64,000 nucleotides of DNA. Origin: Ophelia neglecta. Taxonomy: Eukaryota. Below, piece by piece: positions 26,338 to 39,050 of this stretch. How positions within the stretch are numbered: position 1 is the first letter of the stretch; each line of letters opens with the position of its first letter. The stretch is from the NCBI GenBank assembly GCA_965285935.1, contig OZ260666.1:65286001-65350000 (forward strand), written 5' to 3'. The notes under the pieces were generated by a model. It worked only from the letters and a program-made list of their open reading frames with translations. It did no database searches and had not been told where the DNA came from. A program made the translations under genes and the position numbers.

Positions 26338-27000
26338 CCTTTGATTTGCTAAAAGCTTGGAGGCGTATATTAGTCGCTGACAATGATACAGTTGAAGATC
26401 AGTCATTCTTTGATCTGCCACAGGTGTGAAATAAAGGTTTTCTATATAGCATTACACCTGTGTTTCTCGTTATAGACTCGCGGCTCAAATAAGATGCAGG
26501 TAAAAGGAAGAATAGGCAACAGAAGAATTATATTCATATAGCCTATGTGGTAGTTTAATAAATAACGCCTTTGACAATGGCGTCAGCCTCCTCATATATA
26601 TTGGACTAGCAGAGCGTTTCTTTGAAAGCTACAGCTCGCTTTATTAAAAAAAAAACTCTTTATTCCGTTGGCAATGCAATCATGACTTAGGCGGGAGATT
26701 TAGTGGATAAAAGGTGTTTATTTGTATTTTACGGTCGAATAAGCAAACTAAACATAGCTAAGCCGGTTAAGCAAGGTTTCTCACACAGTTACCGCCGTAT
26801 AAAGCCAGGTCTTTTGTCCATTCTGGTCGCCATATTTGCTCTCCTGTGAAAAAGTGTTAAGTCATTAGTAACACGGTTTAGATTTGTATTGTTGGCGACC
26901 TTAATGGAGTCGGTGTGTGTCTATTAAAGCCCAGTGTTAATAAGGGGGGAGGGGCCAACCCTACCTCGTTAAATATAACACCTATTAATACCCTTTGAAT
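26338..27000. promoter_or_regulatory. Candidate enhancer with clustered TCF/LEF sites
   Basis: CTTTGWW sites at 26339, 26408, 26620 and 26993, a near-match CCTTTGAC at 26568, a T-box half site AGGTGTGA at 26422 and CAGGTG/CACCTG E-boxes. Confidence 0.4.
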
Positions 27001-28089
27001 ATTATCCATCCGGAAATATTTGGTTTGTTAAGTAATTGGTAAAACAAATATAGGGATGAAACTTGAGCAATGTTGTTTATTTAAACACATAAACTGGTTT
27101 ATGTTAGACCTATTAAACACTCTTTGCTGTGCGCTTAAGATTACAGAATAAAAAGAAAGGTGGAAGCTGATATTCTAATTAGCATTTCCTGAGCTAGGAT
27201 TTATCTCGCCTCTAACAAACTAGTAGCATTTTTCTCATTTACTCTTTCAATGTTGCTTCTTTTCCGTTTCTTTCATCTATATATTCTACTTGCATTCTTC
27301 ATGTGCATTTCTAATATATGCGTGTAGGCCTTAGCCATAGTGGTTCCTAATTATGCTGTTACAGAGACATGTCAGTGGGCCCGCCATTAAGCGAGTGTTC
27401 CTTGTGGCCACATAATGCAGCGATTTTCCGCCTCGTTTGCGCCTATTCATGTCGGCTTTGTCGGCCGACTAAATACGCTCTTTTTCAACAAATACTGCGC
27501 TATTATTAGGGACCTCGGGTTCCAAGCATAATAGACTGGCTTTCCAGCCTATGAAAAGTAAAATGTCGCACCTTTCAGTAGTGCATAGAATGGGTATTTA
27601 GCGAATAAAGGTATGTTGTGAAGCCGGTCTTTGGCCAAACAAACAAAGTGCTGTAGAAAATTGATAAACTCGCATGCTGTGGTATATTCAGGAGAGAAGG
27701 TGCCCCTTCACAGTGGTTCCCAAAGTATATTTGGCCAGCAGGAGTTTAATGCAGAGATTCATTGCTTACATCGTGCTGGAATACTACGCTGAAATATGAT
27801 CCTGTCTAAACTATAGAGGTCTAAGGTTTGTGACAAGAAAGCATTAAGGAGTGTGCGAGTCCTGGGTGTTTAATTTAAAGCTTTAAGACAGATGTGGGTC
27901 ACGCGCATGTATATTTATTGCTGCCATTTCTTTTGCAGGTCATTTGAAGACGACCACAACGGAAGAGATATTGAATGGTTTTGCGCAACCTAAACTGTGT
28001 ACAAGGACAAGTCTTGGTATGCTGGAATATGATAAACTTTAAAAAGTTCTACGGACGTTTGACACATGCAACTACCGATTTCAAGCACC

Positions 28090-28220
28090 CGTCACGCCTA
28101 ATTTACATAAATAATGAACCTCCTAGCGTTGAGTGGCGTGTGACGTGGCGTCCAGTCTGCGCGTTGATTGGTCAGGCAGGATTCTGACACAGGGGCCTCG
28201 TGCGGCTAGGTGTGAAATCT
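28090..28220 (+). promoter_or_regulatory. Probable proximal promoter of frizzled5/8
   Basis: GC/CpG-richer patch with ATTTACATAAATA (POU/FOX-like, 28101-28113), TGACGTGG (CREB/ATF-like, 28141-28148), reverse CCAAT box ATTGG (28167-28171) and AGGTGTGAAA (28208-28217). The TSS itself cannot be observed. Confidence 0.45.
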
Positions 28221-29363
28221 GCAAGGGAGTGAAGTCTCTAATCCTCGCCTTGGGCAAAGACGCTAGTTTTCGTCCGGGAGCCTAGCAGAGAGGTCTTCTA
28301 GCATTCTCTCTGCTCGCTGCATCATTTAGGAACCCTTTGTGGTATTTTGACCAGTGTCAGACTCAATCGGACTCACCCACTCAAGAAGAACCTGCGTGCA
28401 TCCCTGCCATTGGCCTATACACATTACCTGAGCGCTGGTGCCTCGCAGGAACGATAGCAGAAGACATTTGCCAACCTGCTAGACAAATTGATCCAGAGAG
28501 ACACCGCTAATAATTCAATATTTCATCGATATTTGGAGTCCGGGTCGCCTGATAATACGTTTACTTCATTGGAGTATAAATCCACATTGATTTTTTCTGT
28601 TGGTTTTCACTGTGCACGGCTAACAACAAGGGAGAGGGGACAAATCTAGCACAGCAATTGGCGACCACAGGATTGAGAGACCTCACAAGCCATGGACATA
28701 TACTATAGGCATCTGTCAGGTTAAATCGCACATAGGACGTTGTGAGATACAAATTTTGTGCAAACATTGAGGTAGAAACAGCCCTCGCATGAGTAATAAT
28801 CGGATTTTATACCCTGCCGGTTAAGAAGCTTAGTTTTGGGGGAGGATTCTGCCTGATGGACCTGGCGCTGTGATTCGGGCGGTTTTTGTGTACATTATCA
28901 GTTAATACAGAACATATTTAGAACCTACATTGCCAAAACTCAGAAAAACAGAACTGTGAAATCCCGGGAATCACCTGAAGAAGGCACAGAGTACAGTCAA
29001 CAGTAATACTGCTAATTAGCATAGCACGCATTGAACTTGAAAGAGAAAAAAACATGTGAAAGGAAATATTATTTTCAATGTATACAGATTGTTAGGAGAA
29101 GAGTTGGCCTTACACAACATTGTTGAAGCCTAGGCGACTCCGTTTTAGCAGGATGTTCACTTATTACCCGTGGGTTGTCACCGGAGAATAACGCGTTTGT
29201 GCCCAGTTGACTTTACTCTATCAAACTTTGTCAGGTCGGTAAACTACGAAATAGCTAAAGTTTGCCTTGAACATACAGACTATTTGGAAATCTGTCCTTC
29301 TTAAAGCCATTGAACTACGCCAATCCATTGTTCCTGGCCCTAAGTAGAGGCATTGACAAAGCC

Positions 29364-29399
29364 ATGTGGATATACAAGAACCCACAGACAGCTCGGTAG
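29364..29399 (+). other. Upstream ORF (MWIYKNPQTAR*) in the frizzled leader
   Basis: aaagccATGt context, out of frame with the main CDS, TAG at 29397-29399, 56 nt before the main ATG. Confidence 0.55.
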
Positions 29400-29455
29400 T
29401 GTTTGCTTGTGGAAATCTTGTGTTGGATTCAGGTGAAAGTCAAAACTTCGTCAAC

Positions 29456-31291
29456 ATGGCTTTAAGAACTCGGTGTTTGGCAGCAGTTTCGCCCGTCAAA
29501 ATGTCGCCTGCTCGGGTATTGGCGGCCTCAGGACGATACGTCCTCGTTCTCATGGTGGCCTTGACATTGACCCTCGATCTGGTATCAGGGAAACGCGGTG
29601 ATGGCAGCCGGAAGTGCGAAGAAATCACTATTCCAATGTGTCGAGGAGTCGGATACAATTTAACTCACATGCCAAACCAATTTAACCATGACACACAAGA
29701 AGAAGCTGGCTTAGAGGTTCACCAGTTCTGGCCCTTGGTGGAAATCCAGTGCTCAGCAGATCTGAAATTCTTCCTGTGTAGTATGTACGCCCCTATCTGC
29801 ATGACAAATTACCACAAGGCCTTGCCGGCCTGTCGTTCGGTATGTGAGAGGGCCAAGTCGGGCTGTGCTCCTTTGATGAGACAGTATGGCTTTGAGTGGC
29901 CGGAGAGAATGAGATGCGACGATCTACCGGAGTATGGGGACAAGGATCAACTGTGCATGGACTTCAATACAACAGAACACAAACAAACCCCGCCCCCAAA
30001 AACTCATGTTATAGATCCAAAAGGACCCTACCCACCTCCTAAAGGAAACAACTCTCCTCCAAGACGGGATGGATCGAGCCGCCCGGCAGAATGGGACGGG
30101 CGTCCTGTGCCGACCGGAAGGGACTGTCCCTGCCGCTGTCGGGAACCCTTGGTCCGACTCACTAACTCTACCCACACCCTTTGGAACCGAATCAGCACTG
30201 GAGGCCAGCCTAACTGTCTAATGTCCTGTGAAGGGGCCTACTTCAGCAAAGACGAGCAGACATTTGCTCAATTCTGGATCGGACTTTGGTCTATCCTTTG
30301 TTGTGTAAGTACCACGATGACAGTACTCACATTCTTAGCCGACATGCAGCGCTTTAAGTACCCAGAGCGACCGATTATATTCCTCAGCGCTTGCTACACC
30401 ATGGTGAGCATTGGCTACATCATCCGCCTGGTCGTGGGTCATGACGCCATTGCCTGCGAGGACTATATGGGTAGTAAGATCATCCGCTACGAGACCACGG
30501 GTCCGGCAGTCTGCACCGTGGTGTTTTTATTAGTTTATTTTTTTGGCATGGCCTCAAGCTTGTGGTGGGTGATATTAAGCTTCACCTGGTTTCTTGCCGC
30601 GGGACTTAAATGGGGGCAAGAAGCTATCGCAAGCTACAGCCAATATTTCCATCTGGCTGCCTGGCTGATACCTAGCATCAAGAGCATCGCCATACTGGCA
30701 ATGAGCAGTGTGGACGGAGACCCCATCGCGGGGATATGCTATGTGGGCAACCAAAACATTGACAATTTACGGGGCTTTGTGCTGGCCCCTCTGTGCGTCT
30801 ACCTCTTGCTAGGCTTCTCATTCCTCCTGGCTGGCTTCGTGTCCTTGTTCCGTATTCGTAACGTCATAAAGCAACAGGGACGCGCCAAGACGGACAAGCT
30901 GGAGAAGCTGATGATACGCATTGGGGTGTTTTCAGTATTATATACGGTTCCTGCTACTATTGTTATTGCCTGTTATTTCTACGAGCAATATTTTAAGGAC
31001 AGGTGGGAACACAGCCATAACTGCCCATGCGCCAAGGACCACGCGGTTCCGGACTATTCTGTTTACATGCTCAAGTACTTTATGTGTCTAGTGGTGGGCA
31101 TTACATCCGGGTTCTGGATCTGGAGTGGAAAGACATTGGAATCATGGCGGAAATGCTACGGACGCTGTTGTGGGAAACCTCAATACCATCAACCTGTGGG
31201 CCGCTTACCGCCTGCAAAATATACCAATCCAAGCTACCAAACAGCGAGCCAATGTGGGTCAAATAAGACAATCCCGCTAAGTCACGTGTGA
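29456..31291 (+). CDS. FZD5/8: Frizzled-5/8 Wnt receptor, intronless CDS, about 611 aa
   Basis: Hydrophobic signal peptide (YVLVLMVALTLTLDLVSG), 10-Cys CRD (CEEITIPMCRGVGYNLT...EAGLEVHQFWPLVEIQCS...), seven TM segments with YPERPIIFLS, the Dishevelled-binding KTxxxW motif (KTLESW) and a PDZ-binding C-terminus PLSHV as in FZD5 (LSHV) and FZD8 (PLSQV). The track ORF starts at GTG 29366; the first in-frame ATG is 29456 (caacATGg), with an alternative ATG at 29501. Confidence 0.97.
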   Translation: MALRTRCLAAVSPVKMSPARVLAASGRYVLVLMVALTLTLDLVSGKRGDGSRKCEEITIPMCRGVGYNLTHMPNQFNHDTQEEAGLEVHQFWPLVEIQCSADLKFFLCSMYAPICMTNYHKALPACRSVCERAKSGCAPLMRQYGFEWPERMRCDDLPEYGDKDQLCMDFNTTEHKQTPPPKTHVIDPKGPYPPPKGNNSPPRRDGSSRPAEWDGRPVPTGRDCPCRCREPLVRLTNSTHTLWNRISTGGQPNCLMSCEGAYFSKDEQTFAQFWIGLWSILCCVSTTMTVLTFLADMQRFKYPERPIIFLSACYTMVSIGYIIRLVVGHDAIACEDYMGSKIIRYETTGPAVCTVVFLLVYFFGMASSLWWVILSFTWFLAAGLKWGQEAIASYSQYFHLAAWLIPSIKSIAILAMSSVDGDPIAGICYVGNQNIDNLRGFVLAPLCVYLLLGFSFLLAGFVSLFRIRNVIKQQGRAKTDKLEKLMIRIGVFSVLYTVPATIVIACYFYEQYFKDRWEHSHNCPCAKDHAVPDYSVYMLKYFMCLVVGITSGFWIWSGKTLESWRKCYGRCCGKPQYHQPVGRLPPAKYTNPSYQTASQCGSNKTIPLSHV

Positions 31292-33129
31292 TCTGGCGTG
31301 AAGTCTCGTGAATCTTACGAGATTCGTGTAGGATTTCCTCATTACTCGTGACCTTGCCTGAGTCTGGTTAAGCTGCATGCGATCCGTGATGTCTAAAACG
31401 CCAGGCCCTTATCCCCGTAGAAAAGTGCTGCTTGCCACGTTTAAAAACTACCATAAGATCTGCCCCCAAAGACCGCCAGGTTTGGGAAGACTATTGCCAT
31501 AAGGTGGCTTACATTGACAAGTTGCTGTGCAGCTTTAACATTTTAGAAGCCGATTTGCTCATTTTTCCAAGGGACGGCAGATACAAAATATATAACGGTG
31601 CTCTCCGACAATCTCATTGACATATATTGCCGCCATAAAAGCATGCCATGACCCTTTTAAAATGTACGTATTCCGCTTGGGCACTATCCACATCTATTGT
31701 GACATTCCACTGCGTAACGGAAACAGACACAAGGTTCCACGCAACGCCGGAAGTACAGCATGTGCCCAAAGCGTCCGCGATATGCCCTTGAACACAATGT
31801 CAACAGAAGGGATCGGTCGGTACCTTTGACTACCATTTGTTGCCTTCCGGCCATTTATGTGCACCTGTCTGTAGACAAATTACGGACAAAGCCGTCTGCG
31901 CATTTACAATCTGCGGACAGCAGAACAAATAGCCACTGAATATGGGTCGGCCGTGGTAAACAAAGAACTGCCCTAACGCTCTTGGGGCGATTGGAGATTG
32001 AATTGTCTCCCAAATAACGACGTAAATCTACAAATCTTTGCCCACAATTCTAGTACACGGTCAGAACAAATTGTCATGACAACCTGTTTAGTGAGTGACA
32101 AATTGGCAGAATCTCGTTGGGATTTTCATTACACCGTTTAATATCAAACTGTGAAACTCTTCAGCTTTGCATGATAATCAAAATTGTGTCTGAGAAATAT
32201 CAAGAGAATTGATAAGTGATATGGGAGGTCTATTTTCATGGAGTCGGTGAGTCTATGGATAAATTCCGATGTGTATATTTTGTGGAAATATGTATAAAAT
32301 GTTGCTTCAGTTCGGACATTGTGCAATTGGTGCGTATTTCTGATATTCTTTATATTGTATTCTGTAAATTCTGCAGTAGTGAATGATTTGATCTTGTAGG
32401 GGACTTTTATGTACAAATCGAGAAATCTGGTTATATATTGGTAATGTTTCCTACATAATTTTAAATAACTATACTATCACAGGATGTAAGCGCGTAGACA
32501 ATTAGAAACGGATAAAAGATTACTTTATATAAATATCACATTAATATATTAGCAGCGTAGACAGTTGAAACCTATCAAAGTTATACAGTAGGCTTGTGAT
32601 GGTGGATGATGCCCTGAACGATTTCTTTCGGCTTTTGAATTCCAGAATAAGTAAATTTCGTTTGGCATATTTCCTTTTCTTTTGTTAATTTCACAATAAG
32701 TGCAATTTATGCAGGGGGAAAGGACCAAAGACTTCTAAAATAGCCTGTATTCAAATTGACTTCCGACTCATTTTAAAGAAAATAATATTATACTATTCAT
32801 ATTGATACAATGCGGCATTAGACTAACTAATATAATATTTTTACCAGGATGATATATAATGCGTTAAAAGCCACTTATTTATGAATTATATTTCGGCGCA
32901 TATTTCGTTTTACAATACCCGATGAATATATCCAATATTGTCCACTTGTCGAACGTATTATTGTCCCAAAACGAGGCTAAATTCACCTAATCAGATTAGT
33001 GTCCGGCCCACATTAGTTTCTACAAAGGATGCATTCGAATAATCTTTAGGATTGTCAAAATGTTGTAATGTTCACAGAACGATTCTGTAGTTTATTCGTT
33101 AAAGGCCCACATGTATGCATGTTAAATCT

Positions 33130-33230
33130 TGTATATATACATGTACATGTTATTGCTATATTTTGTACGTGAAATTCTTGTGAATTAAACTTGTCTACTT
33201 ATTACACGATCTCGGCTTGGGTTGATTTAT
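33130..33230 (+). terminator. Probable polyadenylation region of frizzled5/8
   Basis: TGTA-rich upstream elements (TGTATATA 33130-33137), ATTAAA at 33184-33189 and a downstream GT-rich stretch (ttgggttgattt); implies a 3' UTR of about 1.9 kb. Confidence 0.5.
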
Positions 33231-34779
33231 ATGCACTTGTTAAAAACAAACCAACAATGGTATAAACGAAAATACACAAAAGGCCAGCTTCTTGAATAGA
33301 CAAGTAAAAAAGCTAACCGTTAAAGACAACTCTGTAGAAAGCGTACAGTTCGATCAGCGAGCTCTTTGCGACACGTTTTCCCTTTACTAAGCCATAGTTT
33401 ACAAGTAAGTTTTTACGTAAACTATAATTCATGACACATTTAGTAATTTGAGTCCCAGGGTTGCTTTTACAGCGAGATATTTTCAAATATATTGTCAACT
33501 CCCGGAACGAAAATTACCAGCCAACTTTGATAAACAGTGCCACTTTTAGGAAACCCACATCAGTATTTAATTAAGGGAGGTTTCGTATTTTATTTTGCCG
33601 TTGTTAATTTTGGTTTGGAGGGAGAACTGTGTTTATTCAAGCTCGAGTTTGTTTACCCCCCTTTCTTAGTTCAAGTGTCCCCTAAGAGTATAACATGGAC
33701 GTGGCCAATGGCTTTCTCTAGCTCTCGTTACAACATCAACAACTTATTTTACTCTCCTCGGCTTGACAATTATTCTCTCAAAGTAACTAAATGAATTTCG
33801 ATAATATTTGATAGGTGTTTAAATTCGATAACTATAGTAAATTCGATAACCTACATCTTGCCAAGCGTTCGCCAGGCTCTCAAAAGTAATGTGAAAACAA
33901 CAAAAACAAACAGACCGAATCACATCGCTTATCCGTCATAAGCTCTGACACTTAGATAGCAGTTTTTTTGTTGACTGCTTTTATTATCATTCTACTTTTT
34001 TAACCCGAATATTTATTTCAATCCGTTATCCCAAACCACACCGGATTATATCTGTTGTTGGTTAAAGAGGTTTATCGCTGTTTATGAGAATTTGTTTTGC
34101 AAACAAATATAGAAAAAGTAAAAAGAGATGAAGCATTAAAAGATTAAATATCTAGTGAGAAAATAAAGCAGAAGTTCAAGCGGCTACGGTCACTAGCCCC
34201 ATTGTAATCTCTTTTATAAGTGCACATGTCACTGGCACACCATCATCTTAAATAGTTGCAATGGTATATATTACAATGTTGTATAGTTTAGAATTGGAAA
34301 TTTACCGTGTAAGATAGAAATACACTATCAAGGAACATAAACCACGTTTGACCATTTCAAGAAAAAACTTGCACTGCTTCAAATAGTAAAATAATTCCAA
34401 ACTCTTATATATATATTATCCATTTGACTGCTGGGTTTGACTTCAGAATATTTACCATTATAGTTCCTCAGATAAGGCTGGCCAAATGCTTTTAAAAGTA
34501 TTTGCACCTTTAATTTTCGAGAATGGCGACTTATTTTAAAGTTCGTGACTAAGATGAAACCATAATCATAAAAGATCATGTTACTGAATCGACGGATATT
34601 TGATTTATTCATGCCATAAAAAGCATAAATGAATTGACAATTCAATCAAGTATACAGACTGCACGGAGCGATGTCAACAAGGGATTGCTCATCTGAACAA
34701 ACCCATCTCCGGCGTCAGTAACTCGGAGGGGGGCTCTTAAAATCATCGTGAGTCGGCTGCCAACTAGCGTAGTGATATG

Positions 34780-35120
34780 ATTAGGAGTGACAAGGCAGCA
34801 GGGTGATTTGTAAAGGGATTAGCACAGTAATCCCGTGGGATGATGCGTCATTCACTGCCACTAAGACGGGCCGGATAATCATCCATAGGGGGGTGTAAAC
34901 TTTTGTCAAGGAGGAATCAGGGGCTGGATTATGAAAATTAACAATTGTGGTGGGGTAGGGTGCGATGGAGCTTTGGTTATGATGGGTCGAGAAAGACACA
35001 TAGGGGGCATCGCATGTGAATGAATAGGATGGGTTTCTGGGGTATGTAAGAGCCAGGAGGCCTTTCGAGGTTAGATTTGCTGGGGAAGGAAATTTAACCA
35101 GGGTAGATTTGTATTAAAAG
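34780..35120 (-). mobile_element. Decayed Penelope-like retroelement RT N-terminal relic
   Basis: Strong G/T skew on the plus strand; the minus frame reads SLTKVYTPLWMIIRPVLVAVNDASSHGI, paralleling the Penelope LPKIHKP...RPIVS...SPT..IS motif. Confidence 0.4.
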
Positions 35121-35869
35121 TGTAAGAAATAATTTAGGGATACAAAATTTTATTAAAAATTAAACTTATAACGAACAAGTGTAAATCAGGCGGGAATATT
35201 GCAGTTTTAATATGATAGTGGCCGGAAGAGTGAGGGGCCCTGTTGGTATTTGTTAATGGTAAATAAACCAATGCCGCCAACTCATATTCCTTCCTGTATC
35301 AAATCTAGGCTTATAAATTAGAATAGGCTTTATATTAGCTTCATAAATAAAAAGGATGTTATGTAATGCCTACACACATATACGAGATTCACATTCGCAA
35401 TACATGTATTTATATAATGACTACAATTACTTTCACAACAACAAAATAGTACACTGTATGCCTAGGATGACGACACCACCGCATTAAGGGACTTAAAATC
35501 CATCAGATTATGGAAACAAAGAAAAGACAGGAGAAGGATAATTCTTAGACAGCCTCATCAATGTTTTAATCAGCTCCGTCACATTTTTAACGCGATTGCT
35601 GTGTCTATTGTAGCGTGATTTTTCAGCTCTGGATAATATTATAATTATCCACCTCGGAGCAAAGCTAGCCCTATGAATCACAGGGCACCCTTCGCCTAAG
35701 GTAGGGTTCATTTAACAGCAAAACTGAATATCGATTAGCTAATGTCGAACGAAATTAGCCGCGGATTAACCATATGTCTATGTAAAAAGTCCGAGCCAGC
35801 GAAAATATGATCCGGCATTTGATATTACCGGTAGCCTGGAAAGATAATGACTATGTTTACCTTGAAAAT

Positions 35870-36430
35870 GGATCCTTGGCTCTCGGGGAAAAAGACTCAT
35901 GGAAGCATGTCTAATCGCGTGGAGGCCTTTTTTGTAAAGTAATAGGCATAAATGTGCATAAAAACCACGAAAAGATAACGGAGGAATTTCTAGTTACTGC
36001 CCAAATGCTTTCTAGTTTACCCTGTAGTCCAATTTGTAAAAACAACCGGTCATATAAACTACATATATATCGGATGTTCAATCCCGTCTGTATAGATCTT
36101 GCAGTGATTAGCTCACACGAGTTCCGGATCCAATTATTCCCCAATGAAATTGTAAAAATGGTAGATTGATTGGATTTGCGGGCTAATGGTCAACAAGGAA
36201 ATCTTAATGATATAATATATAATAAAAAGCATAATCTTGGATAAATCCCCACACTGTGTGTCTGGTATTGGAAATGAGATTCCGGTTGATTAGATTGTTC
36301 ACTGTCTAGACATCCGGAAGAAAATAATGGGCAGACGACAATTTGCCGATGGTTCGAAAATACGAAAAGAATACACATCTCTCGAGACCCATCCCTTTCC
36401 AAAGCTGATAAATGATTCTAACAACACCAG
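35870..36430 (+). mobile_element. Ancient Gypsy integrase relic (zinc finger into core)
   Basis: Fragments RGKRLM..., CSPIC...NPVCIDL and SRHPEENNGQ...RDPSLS occur in the expected order (CxxC, PWxxxxxD, SPxHPxSNG, DPxLA). Confidence 0.35.
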
Positions 36431-37589
36431 GTAAATATAAATGCCCTAGCTGCCAACAATTCCGACAGCCACCAAAGTTCTTGAAACTTGAATTTTAGAT
36501 CTATAAACAGAATATACGTACAAAGTATTCCATGAATGAAATAAAACGATAAGGTAAATGTGTGTCAATTACGCCTACGATGTTGCGCCAGTTTCATATG
36601 ACAGATGTACATTTTGAAATATATTTTAACTACCAAATTCTGTTAAAATGTTATTGAATTGAACAGCATGTCACAGATTGTAGCCACAGTGTTGGCTCAA
36701 TGCTATATTGAAAAGGTAGACTAATTGCACGCACATTAAAAATTGTTACTGAAATCTAATACCGACAAAGAGGGAAAAATGAATGGAAAAATGTAGTTCT
36801 TTCTGAAAATTCTGCCCGCTGAGACCTATGTGCATTCACAGACGCATTAGCCGTGACTTATTTGACCTCTAATTCACTGATTAATACGCCTGGGTTGGGT
36901 TGTATTGGAGCTTGATAGGTTGACACGACGGGGACTATCTTTGGTGACAGGTATGTATTACTACACGGGGTCTATGTCATCCTGTATCTCTAAAAAGTGG
37001 TGAATAGAATTCTGCAGAAAATAGGACAACGAAGGAATGCTTTCTTTTCATTCGTTGCACTTTGAATATTTTTTATTGCAATTCGTATATGTTATACATT
37101 CATGCGAGCTTAGAATATTTACTTTTCAACATGATTTAAGAATTAGGCTTATCAGCAAAGAGGTTTCATAAGATAAAGGAGGTTCAGGTCAGAGACATGG
37201 ATACAGCGTAACATTAGTCGATCGCAGAACTGAAATTCCTCCATAATATAAATCTGTAAACCGGGTAAAAATCAACTCATCACCATTGATTTTAACGAAT
37301 TCATTCCGATATTCATCTAAAATCATCACTGTTTATACACAAATACCCATGAATATTGAACCTTTGTTTTGAGGGTAGACCAGCTATACTAAATTCAGCC
37401 GCACTGTAAAATTGTTTGTTGCTTTAAATGTATACATATCGAATTTAACACCAAACATCGAGGGCTGGGTCAAATAGCAGTTAAATCAACTTACATTTAG
37501 GGATTAGAACTAGATGTTTACTTACAAATCGTAGGATTAGGAAGTAAACTAAAGTTAAGTAACTCGCGCTTAGCTAAACAGCCTGGCAG

Positions 37590-37750
37590 TGAAACATATT
37601 GACAGTCGGTTGGCAACCTCCAGGTCATTACTTCATGAGGATAGAGGGTGGATTAAGGTGCGTCTGGGGGTCAGAACCCATTTGGAGATGTCTCTATCCG
37701 CCTTAAACTTTGATAAAAAAAATTTAACTTGCTTGGAGGATGTGAAAGAG
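37590..37750 (+). mobile_element. Ancient Gypsy integrase zinc-finger relic
   Basis: LLHEDRGWIKVRLGVRTHLEMSLSALNFDKKNLTCLE parallels LLHEGHPGIVKMKxLARSHVWWP...CxxC. Confidence 0.4.
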
Positions 37751-38514
37751 ATAAGTAGCTGGTACCACCGGACCTTCCAGATGAGTAGAACTATGTAAAA
37801 GGCCTCCTCACCCAGCCTCCTCTACACTCTTTTTCACAGCACACCCCCTCTATCCCCTCTCTCCGTCCCTGAGAGATAATCCTCTGGTTGTCCATGCTCA
37901 CATGTCACCTAAGTTGACACTCACCCCACCCCACTCCCTGTGTTTTTCTAACATCACTGCTCCACCCCTGGCTTTGTTTGAGAGTGGCAGGAATCTTGAG
38001 TGTATTATCAACATTTAGTGGGAAAACAAGAAGCCACTTTAATGTTTGACAATCTAACTTGCCCCGACCTTTCTTTTGGCCAATGCGTAGCCTTTTCAAA
38101 CAATTCAATATTAACCTGGGCATAGTGTTCCACCATTACCAAACCGGCGTTAGTGCCACCTCGGTCGGTCTATTATTAATTATTACTCATCTGTTAACAA
38201 GTAACTTGTTGTGGGTAAATATACGCTGTATCTATGCCATGTCAAATTATATAGAACTAAAAAGGCACGGGGCCTTCAATAAGTTAATTTCAGTTGTTGA
38301 CGACCAATGTTGATAATCATTCATATTAATTTAGAAATGATTGACACTGCGGAATTTTGACTTGTGAAAAAGAGTGCAGTAAACGCTAGGAATGAACCAA
38401 CCATCTTTTACTTCTAAATATATGTGCACTTTGCAGTAAATTCTTACTCATCCACACAATCACAGACTTAAGCTGGTTTAAGCGGATCTCAACCCTGTGA
38501 CCCCTGACTAAGAC

Positions 38515-38593
38515 ATGGCTATATTGTCTGTTTATTCCCATGTATTTAAGTGTTTCGGGTGTTTATTGAGCAGATTGCCCCGAGAGCCCTCCT
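38515..38593 (+). repeat. 79-bp dispersed repeat, copy 1
   Basis: 76/79 identical to 60365-60443 in the same orientation. Confidence 0.95.
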
Positions 38594-38639
38594 CGTAACC
38601 CCACACCCTGTACAAGGATTCGGGGTAAGGTTTCCAAGG

Positions 38640-39050
38640 ATACTTTGAGGAAGCGTCTGCCTCGATCGTTACTGGCAGACTTGGCTCACATGGGTTTCTA
38701 AAATCGTGTCGATCAATTGTAAGACAAATATAGAACCAATCGAGCAATCCTCACTTTCCAGAAATTGGAGGACAATAAACAAATATATAAATAACTGAAT
38801 CCTAAAATGCTGAATATCTGTTCATTATTACATTATAATTATTGAAAAAGGGAGAGAAAGTCACATTGTTTGTAAAACAAGACTTTCTTTGGGTCCGACA
38901 TGGAGGAACAGGTGGTATTATTATGGGCCTCCTTGATACACCGGAACCAAGAGAGAACTTTTGGTAGACGTTCTGTAAATTGTATTACCATACGCCTCCA
39001 ATGTCGTCTGCTTGAATATACTAAGCCCCAGCAGACGTCAAGAAACACAT
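38640..39050 (-). mobile_element. Ancient Gypsy reverse transcriptase-RNase H relic
   Basis: ORF 38839..39048 (FLDVCWGLVYSSRRHWRRMVIQFTERL...SDPKKV) parallels YLDDILVYG..xxHxxRLxxVLxRL...PDPxKV; the downstream ORF 38532..38747 has EPSLPVTIEADASSK, matching DPxLPVxLxxDASxxG. Domain order is correct. Confidence 0.6.

Noticed and set aside
29366-29455. N-terminal 30-aa extension of the Frizzled ORF in the track
   Set aside because: It starts at GTG; the first ATG with good Kozak context is 29456 and the signal peptide follows it.
29440-31266. Overlapping and antisense ORFs within frizzled
   Set aside because: They are short shadow frames expected in GC-richer coding sequence, with no recognisable motifs.
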